Shown piece by piece: positions 38,400-51,276 of a stretch of 64,000 nucleotides of DNA. How positions within the stretch are numbered: position 1 is the first letter of the stretch; each line of letters opens with the position of its first letter. The stretch spans positions 80,848,001 to 80,912,000 of the forward strand of contig NC_043003.1 of assembly GCF_006345805.1 (NCBI RefSeq), read 5' to 3'. Under the pieces are notes generated by a model that had not been told where the DNA came from, ran no database searches, and was given only the letters and a program-made list of their open reading frames with translations. The position numbers and the translations under genes were made by a program. The stretch comes from Octopus sinensis. Lineage: Eukaryota.

Positions 38400-38916
38400 A
38401 ATGGCAATGAGAGTTTGTCAATTATTGCCCTGGAGAGATAGGGGTCATTTTGTTCCATAAATTATAGAAAAGTCAATTTCATATCGCATAGGTATCTTTC
38501 AATTTCTTACCGTCATTCATATTTTGCAATTAAGTTTGAATTTCGAATTTAAAAGGTATATTTGAGAATGTAGGGGTAATTTTGCTCCTTAAATTTCTAA
38601 ATAAAGTGTTAATCTTCTTCCTGCATTTTAATTGTGCGTTTGTTTTTTGTTTTTTTTTTGTTTTGTCATCATCATACTGCTTGTGTTGCATATAATTATA
38701 TTTTGGATTTGCAATGCCTTCTGCTTAAATACAATATAGAATGTTTGTGAAGCAAACCTCTATTTTGCTACGTACCCCCATTTATCGATGACAGCCATTC
38801 TTTTGTGAATGATATTTTACTTTGCCAGAACTACAAAGAAAATGTCATTGTTAGTGCATGGATTAAAACGGTTTCGATAGCAAAAGCAAAATCGACATCT
38901 TCAGAATATGGGAGTC

Positions 38917-38919
<3 letters not shown>

Positions 38920-38985
<66 letters not shown>

Positions 38986-39062
38986 TGATAATAATGATAA
39001 TAATGATAATAATAATAATAATAATTATAATAATAATAATAATGACAACAACAACAACAAGA
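38920..39062. repeat. (AAT)n tract
   Basis: Directly visible. Confidence 0.95.
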
Positions 39063-39074
39063 AAAGAAGAAGAA

Positions 39075-40655
39075 GAAAAAAACAACTCCAAGGTAGCACC
39101 ATTGATCATAAAATATATAAAGCATTCCATGAATAAATGGCAGACAGTGGTATCCCCGAGACAAAAGAGGGACTCATAAAAACCAAAGCCATCCCCAATA
39201 GAAGAGGAATATTTCAGGGAAACACGCTCTTTCCAGTCCCTTTTGTCCTTGGCGCTGACGCCTTTGACGTGCTAAACAGAACTGGATGTGATTTAGATAC
39301 TACAGTTACGGCAAAACTATGAACCGTCTCTTGTATATGGATGATTTAAATATGTATGCTACAAATGATAAACAGCTGGAAACATTACTACAGACAGTAC
39401 ATGGATTTAGCAAAGAAATAAACATGAAATTCGGCTTAGAAAACTGTACCAAAGCAACATTGAAAAGAGGAAAACTAGTTAAGTGTAAAAACATCACGCT
39501 AGATAAAGCAAATGAAATGTGATAATTAGACAAAAGCCAAACACAAATGTTTAGGAACCAATGAACTAGATACGATACGATACACGCAAATGAAAGAGAA
39601 AATACGAAAGGAATACTATAGACGAGTTAGAGTAATTCGAAAACAAGATAATAGGCATCAACACTCTAGCCCTCCCCGTTATAAGATACAGCTACAATAT
39701 TATTAACGGGACTCTAATCAAAATAGAAAAACAGGAAGAATAATGTCAGGATTTAGGATGCACAACACAAAGTCTGACATAGAAAGTCTATATATGCAAA
39801 GTATCGAAGTTGGTAGAGGTCATATACAGCTAGAAATCTATTACAAAATAACCATCACAGGACTACAAAAATACCCATTTTAGAAGCAAAGAAAACTAAT
39901 ACAAATAGCCTCAAAACACGAACAAAAAACCCTGTATTCTGTCTTTAAGAAACCTGACAAATGCCAAACGGAAGTCATAGTAGCTAGCAACTATGAAGAA
40001 AAAGAAGAAATAACAAAAGCTGTAAAACAACTGAAAACCAAACTAAATCTTGAACATCAACGTATCATGATAGAACGACTGAAAGAATAGCCTCTACATG
40101 GCAAATACTTGGTTAAAATAAACAGAAAAAAAATTGACAAAGCAAAATGGCTTCGAAGCTCAGGATTTAAATCGATGGTTGAAGGATTTTTAATTACAGC
40201 ACAAGAATTACCACCAGAAAACACAGAAACCACGTAATGAAAAGAAATACAAGTAACGGCAAAATATGTTGTGATGGGCAAGAAAGAATGAATCTTATTG
40301 TCTATAGCTGCCCAATCCTGGCTAAGAAGAAATATATTCACAGTCACAACAGAGTTGGATTTATATACACTAGAGGCTATGCCAACACTAGCAAATAACA
40401 ACAGAAAAATATTGTATAGGCACACGTCGAAAAAGCTTACAGAAAATGAGAAAGCAATCATACACTGAAATATGCCAGTACACAGAGATAGAGAAGGCCA
40501 ATATGGCGGATATAGTTGTCAGAGATCACAAAAAATGCGTTCTAATCGATGTATCGATACCAACAGTAAATATATTTCCCTTAAAAGAAATTTTCAAAAT
40601 ACAAAACCTGGAAATAGAAGTAACTCAAATGTGGAGCCTAAAAACAGAAACAATT
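39075..40655 (+). mobile_element. Decayed R4/Dong-clade retrotransposon: RT, zinc knuckle and RLE
   Basis: RRGIFQGNTLFP (RT motif 4), MNRLLYMDDLNMYATNDKQLETLL...MKFGLENC (YMDD), then HSHNRVG and DIVVRDHKKCVLIDVSIP...NLEIEVTQMWSLKTETIPII. Confidence 0.9.
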
Positions 40656-40659
40656 CCCA

Positions 40660-41468
40660 TTATAGTACGCTTCGTGACCCAAAAAGTTGCTGAGATTCTC
40701 AAAGACATTCTGACAAAAGATGTAACAGAAACAAGGGACTTGATCAAACCCACTTCAATTTTAGTAGGTGAAGTGGTTGGAAAGAAACAGAGGAAAGTAG
40801 ACTGACAGAAGGAGCAATGGTGGAAGCGGACAATTGAAGGCGATATTTCAACTTTACATAAAGATCCGAGACGCATACAAGAGTGGTCAAAAGGGCAATG
40901 AACAAGTGGAGAAGAAAGTGCAAGGGCATATCTTGACGCGAGGTACCATATAGAAAAGAAAGAATTCAAAACTGTTATGGAAACCCTAAAACAACGTGAG
41001 TGGGCTAAAACATTACAGTTGCAGTGCTACACTGACAGCATACATCAGTTCCAGCAAAACCGGTTATTTTCCAACAACCAGAGGCAGCTTTTTAAGGGCT
41101 TAGGATGAAACACAGAAGATAATACAGCTCCTGAATCAGAAGAAATCGGCCAATTTTGGAATAACATCTGGTGGGGGGGTCGTAAAACCACAGTGGTAAG
41201 TGGATTCATTCTGTGAGATCTGAACTCCATCACCCGGAGGCTCCATGATAGTACCATATGCGCATAACAACGGGAGATCTCCTTGTACAGATATCAAAAC
41301 TTCCAAACTGGAAAGCTGCAGGACCAACAGGAGTCAAGGCTACTGGCTCAAGTGGTTTAGGTCAATACACAAGAGAATTGCGTTGCAATTGGACAATTGC
41401 TTACAGAACGGTGCAGTTCCGGAGTGGATTGTAGAAGAACGAACAACATTGTTAATGAAAGATCGGTC
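40660..41468 (+). mobile_element. R4/Dong-like fragment from the pre-RT region and start of RT (out of order relative to the preceding piece)
   Basis: QFQQNRLFSNNQRQLF, FWNNIW, KLPNWKAAGP..QGYWLKWFRSIHKRIALQLDNCLQNGAVPEWIVEERTTLLMKD. Confidence 0.85.
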
Positions 41469-41469
41469 A

Positions 41470-41715
<246 letters not shown>

Positions 41716-41734
41716 TATATGTGAATATATATGT

Positions 41735-42330
41735 GAATATATTCACAGACATGACAGAGTTGGAACCTACATACATTGGAAGCTATGCCAACATTATGGA
41801 ATAACAATAGAAAAAAGATGGTATAGGCACACACCAGAAAAGGTCACAGAAAACGAGAAAGCAACCATACTCTGGGATATGCCGATACACACAGATAGAG
41901 AAATTAAGGCCAACAGACCAGATATAGTTGTCAGAGATCATGAAGAAAAAAAATTCTTTCTAATTGATGTATCAATACCGGCAGATGACAACGTATCTCT
42001 AAAAGAAATGGAGAAACTCTCAAAATACAAAGACCTAGAAATAGAGGTAACTAGAATGTGGAATCTGAAAACAGAAACAATTCCTATCATAGTAGGTGCA
42101 TTAGGCATGATAAAAAAAATATTCAGACAAATACATAACAAAAACACCAGGACTTACAAACACATATAACATACAGAAAATTGCACTACTAGGCACTGCA
42201 CACATCCTACGCAGAACACTTTCCATACAATAACCATCAGAGCATCACAACAAATTACAGCACATACCCAAGGCACACAGAGCTGCGCTCGGTAGTGAAG
42301 TGAAAGTACGCTATAAAAATAAAACTACTG
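41735..42330 (+). mobile_element. Best-preserved 5'-truncated R4/Dong copy (RLE domain, stop at 42231-42233, 3' UTR)
   Basis: EYIHRHDRVGTYIHWKLCQHYG...WDMPIHTDREIKANRPDIVVRDHEEKKFFLIDVSIPADDNVSLKEMEKLSKYKDLEIEVTRMW...IALLGTAHILRRTLSIQ*; RPD...ID..P is the PD-(D/E)xK-type endonuclease; followed by (AAT)n to 42459. Confidence 0.95.
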
Positions 42331-42379
42331 AATAATAATAATAATGATGATAATGATAATAATAATAATAATAATAATG

Positions 42380-42429
<50 letters not shown>

Positions 42430-42489
42430 CATAATAATAATAATAATAATAATAATAATGTGATAAGTGTCCAATTTTTTCACATCAGA

Positions 42490-42667
42490 ATTGCAGAATT
42501 TGTGGACAAACTGGTGAAACCGTATGGTATATTACCAGTGAACGTACAGCACTAGCCCAGAAAGAATATAAGACACGTCATGACAACATAGCAAAGATTT
42601 CCATTGGATATTTTGCAACAAGTATGGATTTGACAGAGCATAAAAGTGGTACGAACATAAACCCAAA
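42490..42667 (+). mobile_element. R4/Dong-like zinc-knuckle fragment (second subfamily)
   Basis: CRICGQTGETV..ITSE.TALAQKEYKTRHDNIAK..HW...NKYGFDRA*KWYEHKPKG. Confidence 0.85.
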
Positions 42668-42819
42668 GGTTTATGTTCGTACCACTTCATGGGAAGGCAG
42701 CACTGAGAATTTGAGCATCGGAATGTTAATTTCATACATTTCTCTAACTGTATTGTTATTGTTGTTGATTTCGTTGCAGTCGTTGCAGTAACTGCTGCTG
42801 CTGTTGCTGTTAAGTGAAG

Positions 42820-43160
42820 CGGTCTTCGTCCCAGAGTGGGAGAAGTCCGAAACGTGATCCTTTGCTATTCATAAGACCCGCAGAAGAGAAAGTAGGTCGA
42901 CCTCCGACACCGAAAGCATCTACGGATGGATGAATGCGCATCCAGGCTCAGCAGTTGAGTAGGAAGTCGGGGACAAGAAACAGGAAGAAAGACTAAGAGA
43001 AAGTTGGAGCGAAAGTGTACAACAGGAGTCGCCACCCCCCGCCCTGCCGGAGCCAAGTGGAGCTTTAGGTGTTTTCGCTCAATAAACACACACAACGCCC
43101 GGTGTGGGAATCGTAACACCGATTCTCCGATCGCGAGTCCGCTGCCCTAACCCCTGGGCC
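42820..43160 (-). mobile_element. SINE sharing the family C head but with a different 3' body (C2)
   Basis: The first ~120 nt match 56665-57053 (GGCCCAG.GGTTAGGGCAGCGGACTCGCG...GAGCGAAAACACCTAAAGCTCCAC); the sequence diverges after TTCCTGTTTCT. Confidence 0.85.
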
Positions 43161-43544
43161 ATACCCCCTTCACAACTGCTGTTGCTACTGTTGTTATTGA
43201 CTCTTACAATTTGGCTATCCTGCTCTGCGGATAACTGGCTCTTCTTTCAGCAGACGGAAAACCATCGTCCGGCATATTTCTTTTTAAAACAATAATTGTT
43301 GGCCCTGTTTGCTGATCAAAGCCCAATCTGACTCCTAAAGGCTACAGATGGAGAAACGTTAACCAGCTCCCTAACGTCCTCGTTAGTTTATGGATATAAG
43401 CATTAAAAGATTTCAATTTATAACTTTTTTAACAATAGAAGCAACGACAAACATACGGGAACGATGTGCAATACGTGTCGATAGACTATCAACAGCAACA
43501 GCAGCAACAACAACATCAACAACCACATTAATAATAATGGTTTA

Positions 43545-43710
43545 AATTTTTGCTATAAGGCTAGTAGTTTCAGTGGACCCAGTATTCAACTGGTAATTAT
43601 TTTATCGATCCCAATGTGATGAAAAGTAAAGGCAACCTTGCCTGAATTTGAACTCAGAACATAAAGAGAGCGAAAGCTCCTATGCATTTTTCCAACGTGC
43701 TAAACATTCG
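43545..43710 (-). mobile_element. Decayed SINE family A monomer
   Basis: CAACTGGTAATTATTTTATCGATCCC..GAATTTGAACTCAGAAC. Confidence 0.7.
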
Positions 43711-43720
43711 TCACAATAAT

Positions 43721-43769
<49 letters not shown>

Positions 43770-43778
43770 ATAATAATA

Positions 43779-43816
<38 letters not shown>

Positions 43817-43959
43817 GTTTTCAGATTCTGGTATCCTCTCTGTACAAGATATCATTGCTAATCATAATTATTGCCTATTGTCAACCTTGCTGTTACCAGA
43901 AGTCTCGTATAAAACAAAACAACAATAACATAAACGATAATAATAATAACTAGGCATGA

Positions 43960-44195
43960 TGGAGGCGCGTGGCTTAGTGGTTAGGGTGTCAGCATCATGA
44001 TCGTGAGATTCCTGAACCAAGCGACGCGTTGTGTTCTTGAGCAAAACACTTCATTTCACGTTGCTCCAGTCCACTCAGCTAGCAAAAATGAGCAACGCTG
44101 CGATGGACTGGCATCTCGTCCAGCTGGAGAACACATACGCCATTGAAACCAGGAAACCGGGTCCATGAGCCTGGCTAGGCTTTAAAAGAGCGCAT
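43960..44195 (+). mobile_element. SINE family D (tRNA head, CORE-like domain, CTGCGATGGACTGG block)
   Basis: GGAGGCGCGTGGCTTAGTGG (A box), TCTTGAGCAAAACACTTCATTTCACGTTGCTCCAGTCCACTCAGCT, CTGCGATGGACTGGCATCTCGTCCAG. Confidence 0.8.
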
Positions 44196-44391
44196 GTATT
44201 TATTATTTTTTATTATAGCTAGTACAGTGAGTTATATCGTTCATACTTCTTGACACTTATTATAGTTTTATAAGAACCGACAATTGTGATATAGGAAACA
44301 ACCATGTTATTTTCGCAACTGTACGTATTCTCTTCATCTGTCATATGTCATAATAATTCTCATGGCGCTGCTGTCAGTAGAGATATCGGTT

Positions 44392-44560
44392 CAAAGTTTT
44401 GACACAAGGTCAGTAATTTCGGGGGAAGGTGTAATTCGATTACATCCACCCGCTAGAGTGGTGAAAGGCAAAGCTAGATTTGAACTCAGGACGTGAAGGT
44501 GGTCGAAATGCCACTAAGCATTTTGTCTCCGGTATGCTAACGATTCTACCAGCTCGCCAC
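44392..44560 (-). mobile_element. Decayed SINE family A monomer
   Basis: TTTGACACAAGGTCAG tail to CAGCTCGCCACC head. Confidence 0.7.
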
Positions 44561-44617
44561 CCTACAATGTCAATAGAAATATTAACTGTAATAATAATAG
44601 TAATTGCGGTGATAGCG

Positions 44618-44650
<33 letters not shown>

Positions 44651-44656
44651 ATGGTG

Positions 44657-44692
<36 letters not shown>

Positions 44693-47169
44693 GATTTTGT
44701 AATTACAGCGTTATCCAGTGACTGTCACTGCAAGCAAGAAGAGCTCTCATAATTCCAGTATTGGTAATAAAACATCTGCTATTAAAAAAAAAGTAAAAAA
44801 ACGAGATCCTTTATATTGCTTAAAACATATCTTCCTTCAGCTCATATAAAACATAACCGAGTTAGTAAAATATTAGTGGAGCAGAATTTTTGTCATTAAT
44901 CTACACCGTTTCTGCTACTGCTATTGGTTTTGGTGGTAGAGCTAGGGAAAATATTATTAACAATTTTAACTGCCAATATTGTTATTAATATTTATGTAGC
45001 CTTATTTTTATTGCTTATATTCTGCACCGCGGTGATCAGTTTTATATGTCTTCATAAAGGTGTGTTTCATTTTGTTTATGTGGTTTTCTATTGTATTGAA
45101 ATTACTCAGCCCAATACAGGCGTAGCTTTTACAAGTTACGTCTAAACGTTGTATAATTGTGTATTTCTTCTTACTTCCGTGACTCCTACTGTTATAAAGG
45201 GTTTTCTTTTATTAATATTTTTCGACCCCATATTCTAAGTATGATGTTTTTTACTTCCGAGAAGGCACATTCCCTTAAATGAGTTCGGCAGTTGTCCTCC
45301 AAAGTTACATTTATATCAGGATTAATTTCTTTCTACACGTATGCAATTAATACCTTTCTTTCTCTAGTAGTGTATAACTGTGAAATATATATGTAGTGTT
45401 GAAATGCGTTTCTTTTAAATCTATTTGTGCTTCATTCTGTTTCAATTGCTGGGTTAGAGATCTGACTTATATCCTTTTAGTAGTGAATGTCATTGGTTTA
45501 CAGTAATCGGACCGCAATTCGGCAATCCGATTTTTCGTACATCTTATGTGCGCATAACAAATGAATTCCTTTTTCCATTCTCTTTGAGCCAAATATTAAT
45601 CGTATTGATTACCATTTTTTTTTCTTTTTTGCATAAGGGACTAAGTTTATCTTTAGTTGATTTCTCTTGTGTCCAGACTAACGTGTTTATACGGTACTAA
45701 ACGGCGCGTAGTTGGGCATTTGATATATATTACTCATATTAACAACAACAAAAAAAATCATGTCAATATTTGATTAAGCTATTATGTACACTGCGAACAT
45801 TCTTTTTTTTTTCAGATTACTAACGTTCAGTAGTAATATTTGTTAGCCGATTACAATGTATTATAAAACAACTGCATGCATATCTGAACAACAGAGACGT
45901 ACCTTAAGATTTACTGATATCAAAATTCTAACGCTTTTAACGATTCCGTTTTGCTATTCCCAAATTAATTACAACTTCTCGAAAGCTATTATTTTTGCTG
46001 TTCTAGAGTTCCAGCAAGTGTAAACTTTATTCCACCATGTCTTACAGTTTTCTCATTTCTCAGCTCATGTCTATGTTTTAATATTCTCTATTCATCTCTT
46101 TTAGCTGCTTTCATACGGTAGTATTTAATAATTATTTTCCTAATATATTTGCTTTTTCTTTTCTTTCTTATAACCATAAATCTAAATCTGCTTTTGTTTC
46201 ATAGTCTGGTTATACTGATTTATTTTACATAACAGCCGCTCTTCCTTTCAAAGCAGTAAATCCTATGTTTTTCCTTAATTCACACAACACACTGACTACC
46301 GAGTCTTCCTTTGTTTTTCTGTGTATTCTTACTGGCAAAACATTTACAATTTTGACTACCACTCCATATATCAGTAAGTCACTCCCTTTCAATTTTCTGC
46401 TTACTTTTGTCATGTAATAAGTTTTACTGTTGTTGTTCGCTCTACAATAACCGATTAGTGGTTTTGATCCTTTTGTTGACCCCCATGTTTCAAATAATCT
46501 GCTTCGTTTCGGCTCTATAGACTGCTTACATAAAAAAAGAAACAGTTAATATAAAATAGCTTTTCTTCTATTAGACTTTACTACTGCTTGTCAGGACATG
46601 GTTATGGTACTCAAGTAGATGAAAGGATTGTATATATGGAACTTGGGCTCTTATAGACATACTATGTTTAAAAACATAAACATACGAGCAAGAGAGGAAA
46701 ATTTTCCAGCAGCCGTAGTTAGAATGTTAGATGCGCCGTTCTTCCAAATTGGACTTGGTCAGTTTTGTATTCTACTGACAAAGATCACGTGACAGAAATG
46801 CGAATCTAGCACTCCCATCCATGGTACAGAACTATTTTTGAACCCTGCTCTTATATTTTTATTATTGAAAACGGAATGTCTACCAGAGATATTATCTCTG
46901 GGCAGAATACCGCAGCAAATTCGCCTTCTCCCGATATATCTGCATAAAGTATGATACACTGATGGCTACTCTAATAATCTAATACTAATTCTATTGTATT
47001 TACACACATGTGCAAGATACACACATATACATACATACGTTAGCACACTCTCAAACACATTATACACACGTATATATTGAACTAGGAAACTCGCAACATC
47101 GACATTCACAAACAGACACTATTACCGAACGTGTGTATGTGTTTGTGTGCGTGCGTTTGTGTTTGTGAA

Positions 47170-47207
<38 letters not shown>

Positions 47208-47277
47208 TGAGTGAGAGAATTATATGTTGGCAATTTTTATGTTACCTCTTACATCATGGTTAAACTACTCTAGACAT

Positions 47278-47412
47278 AGAGGAGTGGTTGTGTGGTAAGA
47301 AGCTTTCTTCCGAACCACATGGCACCTTGAGCAAGTCATTTCAACTATAGCCTCGGGTCGACCAAATCCTTGTGAGTGGATTTGGTAGTTGGAAGCTGAA
47401 AGAAGCCCATCG

Positions 47413-47465
<53 letters not shown>

Positions 47466-47995
47466 TTGTATGACTGTGTTTGTCCATGTCCCCCACCATT
47501 ACTTGAAAACCGATGTTGGTGTGTTTACGTCCCCGTAACTTAACGGTTCGGGAAAAGAAACCAACAGAATAGGTGGTAGGAAGCACTCCGTCGGTTACGA
47601 CGACGAGGGTTCCGGTTGATCCGATCAACGGAACAGCCTGATCGTAAAATTAACGTGTAAGTGGCTGAGCACTCCACAGACACGTGTACCCTTAACGTAG
47701 CTCTCGGGGATATTCAGCGTGACACAGAGAGTGACAAGGCCGGCCCTTTGAAATACAGGTACAACAGAAACAGGAAGTAAGAGTGAGAGAAATTTGTGGT
47801 GAAAGAGTACAGCAGGGATCACCACTATCCCTGCCGGAGCCTCGTGGAGCTTTAGGTGTTTTCGCTCAATAAACACTCACAACGCTCGGTCAGAGAATCG
47901 AAACCGCGAGTCCGCTGCCCTAACCAATGGGCCATTGCGCCTCCACCAACAGAATAAGTATTAGGCTTACAAAGAATGTCCTGGAGTCCATTTGA
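47278..47995 (+). mobile_element. SINE family B interrupted by a family C insertion
   Basis: Head GGAGTGGTTGTGTGGTAAG at 47281; the tail resumes at 47945. Confidence 0.85.
47572..47944 (-). mobile_element. Full-length SINE family C with a 12-bp TSD (ACCAACAGAATA, 47560-47571 / 47945-47956)
   Basis: Reverse complement closely matches 56665-57053; perfect TSD. Confidence 0.95.
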
Positions 47996-48469
47996 CTAAA
48001 TGACAAACTAGCAAAGAATATAAAACCAATTGAACGAACAGAAATAACGACATCATCTGTAGCAACTAGATAACCAACATCAGCATTCACATCAACAACT
48101 CGAATAACGTTCATGAGACCAACATTAACAATAACAGAGTAAGCAGCAGTAGCAACTGAAGGAACAACAGACCCGTCAGCAGCAGTGGCAGTAACATAAG
48201 TATCGTAAACACAACAGTAGAAACATTTGTCACCAACACAGACACAGCAAAAACGTTGACAACAATTATAACATAAAATGGTAACATAAGCTACAAGGGC
48301 AGCATAAAAAAGTATCAATGATGAAAAGTAACTACGGGTATATTTCGTTTACGAACGTCACGGAAGAGTTGATTACTCATTCACCGGAACGGAAAGCGAA
48401 TGTTACTAAAAAGTACAAGAATGGTATTGCGCGGCGTGCTTCCGGAAGTAGAAACCTTGTGTACAAGAA

Positions 48470-49055
48470 GGCGGCGAGCTGGCAGAAACGTTTGCATGCC
48501 GGGCGAAATGCGTAGCTGTATTTCGTCTGCCGTTACGTTCTGAGTTCAAATTCCGCCGAGGTCGACTTTGCTTTCATTCTTTCGGGGTCGATAAATTAAG
48601 TACCAGTTACGCACTGGAGTCAATGTAATCGACTTAATTCGTTTGTCCGTCCTTGTTTGTCCACAGTGTGTTTAGCCCCTTGTGGGTAATAAAGAAATAG
48701 GTATTTCGTCTGCCGCTACGTTGTGAGTTCAAATTCCGCCGAGGTCGACTTTGCCTTTCATCCTTTTGGGGTCGATTAAATAAGTACCAGTTTCGCACTG
48801 GGGTCGATATAATCGACTTTATCCGTTTGTCTGTCCTTGTTTGAGCTCTCTGTGTTTAGCCCCTTGTGGGTAGTAAAGAAATAGGTATTTCGCCTGCCGT
48901 TACGTTCTGAGTTCAAGTTCGATTTTACATTCATCCTTTCGAGGCCGATAAATTAACTACCAGTCATGCACTGGGTTCGATGTAATCGAATTAAACACTT
49001 TGTCTGTCCTTGTTTGTCACTTCTATGTTTAGCCCCTTGTGGCAATAAAGAAATA
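48470..49055 (+). mobile_element. SINE family A multimer: head plus 3 tandem units (183, 184, ~171 bp)
   Basis: Units start with GTATTTCG at 48518, 48701 and 48885; flanked by a decayed 20-bp TSD (16/20). Confidence 0.95.
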
Positions 49056-49299
49056 AGAAGTCTTGTATACAAAAATAGAAGTATCATTTACTAGTGCATC
49101 GATCGCGAAGAAAGGAAGGCTGAATAACTTTGCCCAGCCGTGAGGAACGTCTAGAAAAAAAATGTACCCCTTCCGTAATCTACAGATGCCGAGGAAAGCA
49201 ACATGGAACTATAGTAGCTCTCTGCAACAGCAGTCAGAAAGCTTGTAGGATGACTCCTGTACTACCCAGGTGTTAATGATGATATACAGAAATATGTGG

Positions 49300-50360
49300 G
49301 ATGTCGTGTGAGAAATGTCAAGATCACAATTGTAACTCCTCATAGAGATCACGACATGCGAATAACCATGCTAAAGGAGCACAGGGAGAAAATCTCTGTA
49401 AAGTCCAGCCCCTAATATAATAGAATGGGAACGATTCTCCAGAAGATGTGCTTGGTGACCCAGATTTCTGTTTCATTCGATTAATAACTCGATTGGATAT
49501 TCACTAGACTAGCACAGATATGCCGTGTACGTTGCTTACATTTTCAGACAGCTGGTTACTCAGACCACTACTTTGTGACCTTTATTGTTAACTTAGAACA
49601 GACGAATATGCAAGGACCTGGTTACTGATAGATAAATTCTTTCTTGACAGCGCAGAAAGATTTCAAGGAAAGGGGTTAGAATGGAAGTTAAGCAAGAATT
49701 AGCGGGAGCGATCATCAAGACGTGGTGAGACCATTTAAAAGAAAAATTAGAGAAACATCTGTCAGTTTTAGCAAAAAGATGACTATAGAAAACAATATAG
49801 CAGAAAAGAAAGTATTTAGTTGCTTAGAAAAAGCGCATAGAAGACTCATCGCAAACAATGAATGACGAAAATAATACTCGACCACTTCTTCGACACGAAA
49901 CACGAAGATTAGATGTCATAGAAAGAATGTGTCTGAGTGGTCTTTTCTAGGGAAATTTCACGCCAGAGACCATGGATAGCTTCCAAATTTTCTTGGCGCG
50001 GTAGTGCTACAAAGCTAGAGGGAGCATTATGTATTCCAGAAAAGGTCTTGCGATAAGGAAGCACTAACAGACTTACACACTCGAGACGCGCACAGAAGTT
50101 TGAAAACATCTTGCAAGCCATTGTTCACTGTCTATGCATTAGTGGCTTGTGTTCTTACCTGTGTTCTTGTGTTAAACACCTGCTGTCACATGTAAAATGA
50201 ATTCAACTATCTGCCGTGTTTATAGTGAAGATCGACGCACAAACTTCCTTCGGCATCTACCCGGCCTGGAGGCTGTGGCGAAATAGATAGTATGCTGGAC
50301 TCATCTGAAAGATGGTGAAAATTAACAATTTTTAAGGGAGAGAAAGATGATGGTATAACT
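49300..50360 (+). mobile_element. Decayed Tx1-like LINE ORF2 (end of endonuclease and linker)
   Basis: SDHYFV, MQGPGY**INSFL (GPGYWKLNSSLL), ELAGAII..W*DHLK, LEAV. Confidence 0.7.
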
Positions 50361-50981
50361 TTTAGTAGATTAGATACTAACTTTGAACGTGAGTGTCAAC
50401 ATGAGTGAGTCTGACTTCACATACACAGAGTTTGATGTTTTTTTCTGAGTTGTAGGAAAGAAACTGGGAGAGGTCTCTTCCTATGCCTTGGAGATGAGAT
50501 AATAATCTGGGATATATTCTGTCTGCTTGTGAATCCCCCGAATTACACTAAGTAAAATACCCTGCAACTGGGGACATATTTATATATTTATTCAAATTCC
50601 ATTTTTACATGTTTACTAGGTCTTTCCATTTAAGCTTATCGTTGTTGATTCTCCTTTGATTAATGAGACACATTCTCCAGATTGTGTTCAGAATAAAACG
50701 TCGTCATAATAAAGGTAATTTTTGACGGGTTTTAAAATATGTGTGGATGCGTTAACTTAATTTGCATTACATTACTCTATCCAACATTTAATCAGGCTTC
50801 ACATATTGTTTTGCGTCTTAACCTCATCATAGACTTATTATGCACGCCTGAGTATGCGCACTTGTACTTATGTATGTGTTTATACATGAGACTACAGAAT
50901 ATTTTGTAGTGTTCGTTTGGGTCCTATAGCCAATAAAGAAAAGATAATAATAATAATAATAACAGCAACAAAAACAACAAC

Positions 50982-51017
<36 letters not shown>

Positions 51018-51244
51018 AATAATAATAACAATAATAATAAAGATTATTATTATTATAGTCTACATCCAGAGTTCTAATCCCACTATCGTTATCTTTGCTT
51101 TTCATCTCTCTACGTTCGATCAAATAAGTGCCAAGTTTTGGGATCGATTAAATTGACATCACTCTTCCCCCAAATGTGTGGCCTCGTGCCAAAGCTAGAA
51201 TACACTACTACTACTACTTCTACTAATACTACTACTAATACTAC

Positions 51245-51276
<32 letters not shown>

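Noticed and set aside
45801-45900. Strong acceptor TTTTTTTTTTCAG
   Set aside because: All three frames stop within ~30 nt and there is no other support.
48518-49055. Regular ~184-bp tandem units as a CRISPR-like array
   Set aside because: No unique spacers and no cas genes; the units are SINE bodies in eukaryotic DNA.
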